Assembly (NCBI GenBank): GCA_963663275.1
Contig: OY760183.1
Location: 256,001-320,000, forward strand
Length of the DNA stretch: 64,000 nt
From: Chloroflexota bacterium
GTDB taxonomy: Bacteria; Chloroflexota; UBA11872; VXOZ01
Direction of reading: 5' to 3'
Shown: positions 58,520 through 64,000 of the stretch, one piece after another
Layout: each line of letters begins with the position of its first letter
How positions within the stretch are numbered: position 1 is the first letter of the stretch
The notes under the pieces: model-generated
The model's database searches: none
What the model was told of the DNA's origin: nothing
Seen by the model: only the letters and a program-made list of their open reading frames with translations
Program-made: the position numbers and the translations under genes

Positions 58520-58610
58520 ACCCCCTACGTAAGCAAATACCCCTACGTAGGCAGACTCCCCCACGCAGGCAGGCCCTCCAAAGGAGGCAGACTCCCCAAA
58601 GCAGATCGTA
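58520..58610. repeat. Degenerate 18-bp tandem repeat between convergent genes
   Basis: cccctacgtaagcaaata / cccctacgtaggcagact / cccccacgcaggcaggcc and further degenerate units. Confidence 0.6.
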
Positions 58611-58683
58611 GACAGATACCAAGCGGGGAGCGCATTGCCGCGCAAGCGCAGGCGGAACTCAGGAATGCTGCTCCGCCGCGTGG

Positions 58684-59982
58684 TCAAGGGCCGGCCGCGC
58701 CGTTGCGGTGGACCGGCGCTTGCGTTTCCGCCAGCCGTTCCAGCAGCGCCGCGCCGCTGGCGCCGGCGTCGTACCCTTGCAGTTCTTGCCCCAGGGCCGC
58801 GGCCCGCGCGCGCAACTCCGTGGAAGCGAGCGCCGCCTCGATTGCCGCGCGCAACTCCGCGGCGGTGGCTTTCCACGGGTCAACATCCGTGCCGGCGCCG
58901 AGCCAGCGAATGCGCTGCGCGTTGGCCGGCTGGTCGTCCGTGAAGGGCACGACCAGCGCGGGCTTGCCGTTCAGCAGCGTGCCCAGCGCGGTGCCCAGGC
59001 CGCCGTGATGCACGACTAGCTGCGCTTTGGGGATGATGAGGCTGTTCGGCACGTAGCGTTCTACCCGCACGTTGTCCGGCGGCGTGGGCAAAGCGGTAAC
59101 TTCGTCGCCCGTGGTCACCACCACGTCGGCGTCCAGGCCCCGCGCTGCCTCGAAGAGCGTGCCGAAGAATGACGTTTGATAGATGCTCTGCACGGTGCCG
59201 ATGGTGGCGTAGACGAGCGGACGAGCGCCCGGCAGGTCGTCCAGCCAGTCCGGCGCCTCGTAATCGTGGGGCACGTCCCACAGCGCGGGGCCGACGAAGT
59301 GCACCGTCGGCTCCCAGGATTCCCGGGGATACTCGAACTCCCACGGCGCCAGCGCCAGCACCAGGTACGGCGAAATGGTGCTATTGCGGTAGCTGTCGCG
59401 TATCGGCGGCAGGTCGAATTCGGCGCGAATCGCGTTGAACCGGTCGTCGTGCCGCCGGCCTGCCCAGCGGACTACCCGGTGCAACAGCGGCAAGGCCATG
59501 CGCACCAACGGATTGGGAGGATAGGCCAGCGGCAACCCCATGGGATACGCATCCTTGCCTTCCAGGAACCCGGGTAGCACGGTCGTGGTAGCCCAGGGCA
59601 GTCCGCTCATCTCCGCCACAATGCTCGCGGGATACGTGTACGAGTCGAAGACGAGCGCGTCCGGTTTGAAAGACTCGATGGCGTCCAGCACTTTGCGGCT
59701 GGAGTCCGCCACAAACGGATACAGGATCTCGTTGACCATGAAGTCCATGCGGCGCAAACCGCGCAACCGGCCCAACTCCGGCCACCACTCGTAGGCTACC
59801 TCAGCCGTCACGCGCGGCCCTACCGGAAAGAACCGCGAAACGAGCGGCGCAATCACGTCACTCATGGCCGGACCGGAAGCGTAGCCCACGGTGTGCCCGC
59901 GCGCCGTCAGCGCCTGCACGATGGGGAGCGTGGGGTGGACGTGTCCGGCAGCGGGGAGCGCGGCGAAGAGGAAGCGCGGCAT
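58684..59982 (-). CDS. GT1 family glycosyltransferase (MGT/UGT-like, small-molecule acceptor)
   Basis: GHVHPTL, YATIGT, YVPNSLII, HHGGLGT, DQPANA. Confidence 0.9.
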   Translation of the reverse strand: MPRFLFAALPAAGHVHPTLPIVQALTARGHTVGYASGPAMSDVIAPLVSRFFPVGPRVTAEVAYEWWPELGRLRGLRRMDFMVNEILYPFVADSSRKVLDAIESFKPDALVFDSYTYPASIVAEMSGLPWATTTVLPGFLEGKDAYPMGLPLAYPPNPLVRMALPLLHRVVRWAGRRHDDRFNAIRAEFDLPPIRDSYRNSTISPYLVLALAPWEFEYPRESWEPTVHFVGPALWDVPHDYEAPDWLDDLPGARPLVYATIGTVQSIYQTSFFGTLFEAARGLDADVVVTTGDEVTALPTPPDNVRVERYVPNSLIIPKAQLVVHHGGLGTALGTLLNGKPALVVPFTDDQPANAQRIRWLGAGTDVDPWKATAAELRAAIEAALASTELRARAAALGQELQGYDAGASGAALLERLAETQAPVHRNGAAGP

Positions 59983-60131
59983 ATGCTATCATTCCCAGCA
60001 CGGGTTAGGGTGATCTGCGCTCTCCGTTGCGCGATGAGTCCGCCACGGCCACGGGGCAAGACAGTCATAGTTCTCATAGTAGCAGAGGAGAGGCGGCAGG
60101 AGTCGCCGGTTTCCCCATTTCCACGCCGCCG

Positions 60132-60440
60132 GCGGCCTTCGCATTGCTCCGTCATTCCGGCTCTCGCCGGAATCCAGACCGCGCTTACAACTAAACATAG
60201 CATGAAGTCAAGCCATTTCACGCCCATCCCAACCTTCCCACTCGATGGGCTGACAGGGGTATGTATGTGTCATTCCGAGTGGAGCGGAGCGCAGCGAGGA
60301 ATCTAGAGATGCTGGATTTGCGGTACCCTGCCCTAGATTCCTCACTCCGCTGCGCTCCGTTCGGAATGACACGTGAGGTCGATCATAGAATACATACCCC
60401 TGTCAGCCCTCGATAGGGAAAGGGTTCTGCAAAGGTCTCA
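60132..60440. mobile_element. MITE family 1 (left end degenerate) with nested family 2 element (60247-60409)
   Basis: Right end tgcaaaggtctc. Inner element flanked by TCGAT/TCGAT and inverted relative to the copies at 49661 and 53771. Confidence 0.8.
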
Positions 60441-60512
60441 ACCGGTAGTTTCTGTGTCTGGCCGCGGGTGCCGGTATTGCGCCAACGAACGCCCGCGGCC
60501 GCGGTGGATGAT

Positions 60513-61865
60513 GTGAAACGCACACCTCTTGAAGACAGCGCCGGCCGCGGGCAAGAGCGGCTTGCCGGCTGCCGGGCCGTGGTGATGGGACTGGGCCTGC
60601 ACGGCGGCGGCGTGGGCGTTGTCCAATACCTGGCGGCGCGGGGCGCGGCGGTGACCGTGACCGACCTGCGGGACCCGGCTACCCTGGCCCCGTCCCTGGC
60701 CGCGCTGGAGGGCCTGCCGTTGCGCTACGTGCTGGGCCGCCACGAGGAGCGGGATTTCCAAAGCGCCGATCTGGTGGTGCGCAATCCCGCCGTGCCGCTG
60801 GATTCGCCCTACCTGGCCCTGGCTCAAGAATCCGGCGCCCGCGTCGAGATGGAGAGCAGCCTCTTCATAGAGGCGTGTCCCAGTGCGTTTGTGGCGGGTG
60901 TAACCGGCACCAAGGGCAAGACCACCACCACGGTGCTGCTCTCCCAAATGCTGGCCGCCGCCGGCCACCACGTCATCACCGCCGGCAACCTGCGCGTCTC
61001 CATGCTGAGCCAACTTGGTGACATAACGGCGGAAACCCGCGTGGCGCTGGAGCTCTCCAGTTGGCAGTTGGAAGCCTTCGCCCCCCACGAATACAGTCCG
61101 CCGCTGGCCGTGGTGACCAACGTGCTGCCCGACCACCTGAACCGCTACGCCGGCATGGACGACTACGCCGCCGCCAAAGAGATCAACGTGCGCTACCAAC
61201 GCGCCGATGGCGTGGCGGTGCTGAACGAGGGCAACGCCTACACCCGCGCCATGGGCGGGCGCGCGCCGGGCCGGGTGGTGTGGTTCGGCGCGCGAGACGC
61301 GCTGCCGGGAGAAGCGGACGCTCCGCCGCGCGGCGTCCACCAGCGGGAGAATCTGGCCGCCGCGGCCGCGGCGGCGCGCGTGTGGGGCGCGGACGACGCG
61401 GCGATCGCCTCGGTGATGCGGGACTTTCGCGGCGTTCCCCACCGGCAGGAACTGGTGCGGACGTGGCGCGGCATCCGCTTCGTCAACGACACTACCGCCA
61501 CCATGCCCACGGCCACGATAGCGTGCCTGGAAACCATCCCCGGCCCCCACGTGCTCCTGCTGGGCGGCGCGGACAAACGCCTGGACTTTACCGCTCTGGC
61601 CCACGCGCTGCGCGACCGCCAGGACGACATTCGCGGCATCGTGCTCTTGGAAGGCAGCGCCACGGACCGCCTGGCGGCGGCGTTGCCCCGGCCCGCCGCC
61701 GACCGTTATGACAATCTGGAACGCGCCCTGGAACAGGCCGCCGCCCTGGCCCGCCCCGGCGACGCGGTCATCCTCTCCCCCGGCTGCGCCTCCTTCGGCA
61801 TGTTCCAACACGAGTTCGAACGCGGCGACGCCTTCCGCAAGTGGGTCGAGGCATTGCCTGAGTGA
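60513..61865 (+). CDS. murD: UDP-N-acetylmuramoyl-L-alanine--D-glutamate ligase
   Basis: GLGLHGGG, VTGTKGKTTT, AGNL, LELSSWQL, PDHLNRY, HRQE, NDTTAT, LSPGCASF..FERGDAF. Start uncertain. Confidence 0.9.
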   Translation: MKRTPLEDSAGRGQERLAGCRAVVMGLGLHGGGVGVVQYLAARGAAVTVTDLRDPATLAPSLAALEGLPLRYVLGRHEERDFQSADLVVRNPAVPLDSPYLALAQESGARVEMESSLFIEACPSAFVAGVTGTKGKTTTTVLLSQMLAAAGHHVITAGNLRVSMLSQLGDITAETRVALELSSWQLEAFAPHEYSPPLAVVTNVLPDHLNRYAGMDDYAAAKEINVRYQRADGVAVLNEGNAYTRAMGGRAPGRVVWFGARDALPGEADAPPRGVHQRENLAAAAAAARVWGADDAAIASVMRDFRGVPHRQELVRTWRGIRFVNDTTATMPTATIACLETIPGPHVLLLGGADKRLDFTALAHALRDRQDDIRGIVLLEGSATDRLAAALPRPAADRYDNLERALEQAAALARPGDAVILSPGCASFGMFQHEFERGDAFRKWVEALPE

Positions 61866-61934
61866 CTGCTTGCATCCGAACTTTCAGTTAGGTCATAGTG
61901 AATTCAAGAGAGCGCATTTAGGAGGGCTAACACT

Positions 61935-62876
61935 ATTACTACGCAGAACGACTGTGATTCCTCGACTGAAGACGCAGGCTGTCCATCATTTGCTCTTGCC
62001 ACGACAGCACAATCCACCGGCGCCACGTTATACGTGGATACTGAGAATCTCCAAGACAGCGCTCGAGCGCTCATTGAGGCGGTCGTCGAAGCATGGCCGG
62101 AAGAGACGCACTCTCTTACGCGGCTAAACCTCTACGTCCAAGCAGACCAAGCGCAACTATGGGAAATGTGGGCGGAAAACCGATTTGCGCAATTGATAAT
62201 ATCGGTGCGCGGTATACAGCACTTTAGCAAACAACCATCCAAGAACGCAGCGGACATCACGTTGGCAATCGACGCGGCAACGGACTTTGCATCAGGCGCC
62301 ACACAGTTCGTAGCCGTGATGAGCGACGACAGCGACTTCATGGCGCTTTATGCAAAGTTGAAAGAACTAAACCAGGGAGAGATTCCGTTTCTCTGGGTGA
62401 TGACGGATCGTGACAAGACGCGATCGGCTACGATCAGAGACTACTTTCCTAACGACCACATTCATGTCTTGCGTTTCCCAGCCAAGGCTAGCAGGACCAA
62501 GACTCCATCCGCATCTCCGACGCCAAAGACCAAGGCTAGCAAGACTAAGGATCCAGCCGAGCCTCCCAAGCCAAAGACCAAGGGGAGTGGGAAAGATTCT
62601 GAACGGTTGGCTAAGATGGCCGAACTGATTATCGAAAAGATGCCCATCGGCGTCTTCAGGAGCACACAGTGTCAGACGATAATTGAGGAGGGTTGGCCAA
62701 AGGATCCCATGGTGAAAATGCCAGGACCCAGTTTTGGCACGGAATTCGCCAAGAAACTGTGGCCCATGTTAGAACAGCGAGGAGCTAAGCTAAAGAAAGA
62801 GAAACCTCGAAAGTATGAAATGACTGAGGAAGCCAAGCGTAGGTTGAAGAGCGGTAAGGCAGGCAAGTCGGCGTAG
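61935..62876 (+). CDS. NYN domain protein with a Lys/Pro-rich linker and C-terminal domain; probable ATT start
   Basis: TLYVDTENL, KNAADITLAIDA, SDDSDF. AGGAGG at 61920-61925 precedes an in-frame ATT at 61935. The ORF track starts at GTG 62034, inside the first motif. Confidence 0.75.
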   Translation: MTTQNDCDSSTEDAGCPSFALATTAQSTGATLYVDTENLQDSARALIEAVVEAWPEETHSLTRLNLYVQADQAQLWEMWAENRFAQLIISVRGIQHFSKQPSKNAADITLAIDAATDFASGATQFVAVMSDDSDFMALYAKLKELNQGEIPFLWVMTDRDKTRSATIRDYFPNDHIHVLRFPAKASRTKTPSASPTPKTKASKTKDPAEPPKPKTKGSGKDSERLAKMAELIIEKMPIGVFRSTQCQTIIEEGWPKDPMVKMPGPSFGTEFAKKLWPMLEQRGAKLKKEKPRKYEMTEEAKRRLKSGKAGKSA

Positions 62877-63015
62877 GCCGTTGCCGCAAATTGGCAGATA
62901 CTACACGAGCTGGATTCCGGCTTTCGCCGGAATGACGGTACCGAGCGCAGACTGCAAACCTGTTACCATGAGTGCTTAGTAAACAAAATCCATAGTGAGT
63001 AGATAGAGGCTGCAC

Positions 63016-63258
63016 ATGAAGAGAGAAGAAAGTGGCACGCCGCTCAAGCTCTACGCCGACGGCAACGGCGGCATCTATCTCGACCGGCAAGAGGTGCTCA
63101 ATGACCCCGAAATCCAGCGAAAGGCAGAGGAGTTTTCTGCCTATTTGCGGAAGATGGCTCGCAGGGAAACTGCCGCAAAGGAAACTGGAAGCTCAAGAAC
63201 GTTTAGGTCAGACTCTTTAACCTACTGCAATTGGGACCTTCATTCTCACGATGGGTGA
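63016..63258 (+). CDS. Small hypothetical protein
   Basis: 80-aa ORF with a GAGG RBS in a lower-GC patch. No motif recognised. Confidence 0.4.
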   Translation: MKREESGTPLKLYADGNGGIYLDRQEVLNDPEIQRKAEEFSAYLRKMARRETAAKETGSSRTFRSDSLTYCNWDLHSHDG

Positions 63259-63342
63259 GCCTCACTCGTAGCGCGCTTCCCAGTAAGATGGGGGCTGCGC
63301 GCGTTCTCCGCCCATCATGGGCATTGTGAAAGACATAGAATC

Positions 63343-64000
63343 ATGACGCTACTCCCCGGCTACGACCACTTTGGCGGCATTCATCCGGAGACCGCCACCA
63401 TTGCCAACTACCTGCGCTTTCTGGGCGTGGAAAGTCCCGCCACCGGCGCGCCGTTCAGCGAGGCCATGCTCTTTGGCATTGGCGGCGGGTTGGGCGCGTG
63501 CTACATCCTGTGGGAGTTCAAGGAGCACAACCGTCCGGCGATCGTGTTCGGTTTCCAGAACCAGTTCAACTATCCCGTGCGCTACGTCACCGCGCTGTGC
63601 GAGCGCATCGGCGTCGCCCCGTCGTTTCACGAGACCGGCGGCGTGAAGAAGGCGGGCAAGACGCTGCACGACGCGCTGGACGCGGGCCGGCCCGCCATTC
63701 TCTGGCTGGAACGCGAATTGCTGGACTACTACAACCGCGACCCGGACGACACGGGCTGGTTCAGTTGGCTCGTGACCGCCTGCGGCTATGACGCCGCGTC
63801 CGACGCGTACACCATCGACGATACGGGCGCGCGGCCGTTCACCGTGCCGGGCGCTTCCCTCGTTGCCGCCCGGCGGCGCGTTCCGTCGTTCAAGAACCGC
63901 CTGCTGCTGCTCGCGCCGCCGGAGACGATTGACCTGCCGGCGGCCATCACCGCGGGCATTCGCGCCAACGTCGACTATCTGGGTTCTAAGTCCACCTCGT
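63343..64000 (+). CDS. BtrH-like N-terminal / DUF4872 protein, 5' part (runs off the window end)
   Basis: Manual translation MTLLPGYDHFGGIHPETATIANYLRFLG...FSEAMLFGIGGGLG. The frame appears open to the window end. Confidence 0.7.
   Translation, partial: MTLLPGYDHFGGIHPETATIANYLRFLGVESPATGAPFSEAMLFGIGGGLGACYILWEFKEHNRPAIVFGFQNQFNYPVRYVTALCERIGVAPSFHETGGVKKAGKTLHDALDAGRPAILWLERELLDYYNRDPDDTGWFSWLVTACGYDAASDAYTIDDTGARPFTVPGASLVAARRRVPSFKNRLLLLAPPETIDLPAAITAGIRANVDYLGSKSTS

Overview
GC-rich bacterial chromosomal window. The DUF2298/YYY plus TIGR03663 pair and the repeat families suggest Chloroflexota, but this is inference. It holds scattered housekeeping genes (gcvT 5' end, mazG, galE, an rlmD-like gene, coaE, thiI, murD) and many sugar-acid or amine catabolic enzymes. 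The intergenic regions are dense with REP-like palindromes and nested MITEs. Main highlights: (1) a ~10.5 kb block (27081-37587) with two GPP34/GOLPH3-like domain-cytochrome P450 fusion genes with an atypical I-helix, bracketed by two MMPL/RND transporters, each P450 preceded by a decayed Rieske oxygenase gene; (2) next to it, two tandem membrane-anchored thioredoxin-fold genes that the ORF track splits at an in-frame TGA lying at the redox motif (UxxC and UxxS), each followed by the same hairpin, so probably unannotated selenoproteins; (3) nested MITEs with both empty and filled alleles and target-site duplications; (4) a REP-like element plus a tandem repeat inserted in frame in galE; (5) a NYN gene that appears to start at ATT. 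No rRNA, tRNA, CRISPR array or transposase was recognised. All family calls come from recognising motifs by eye, not from database searches.
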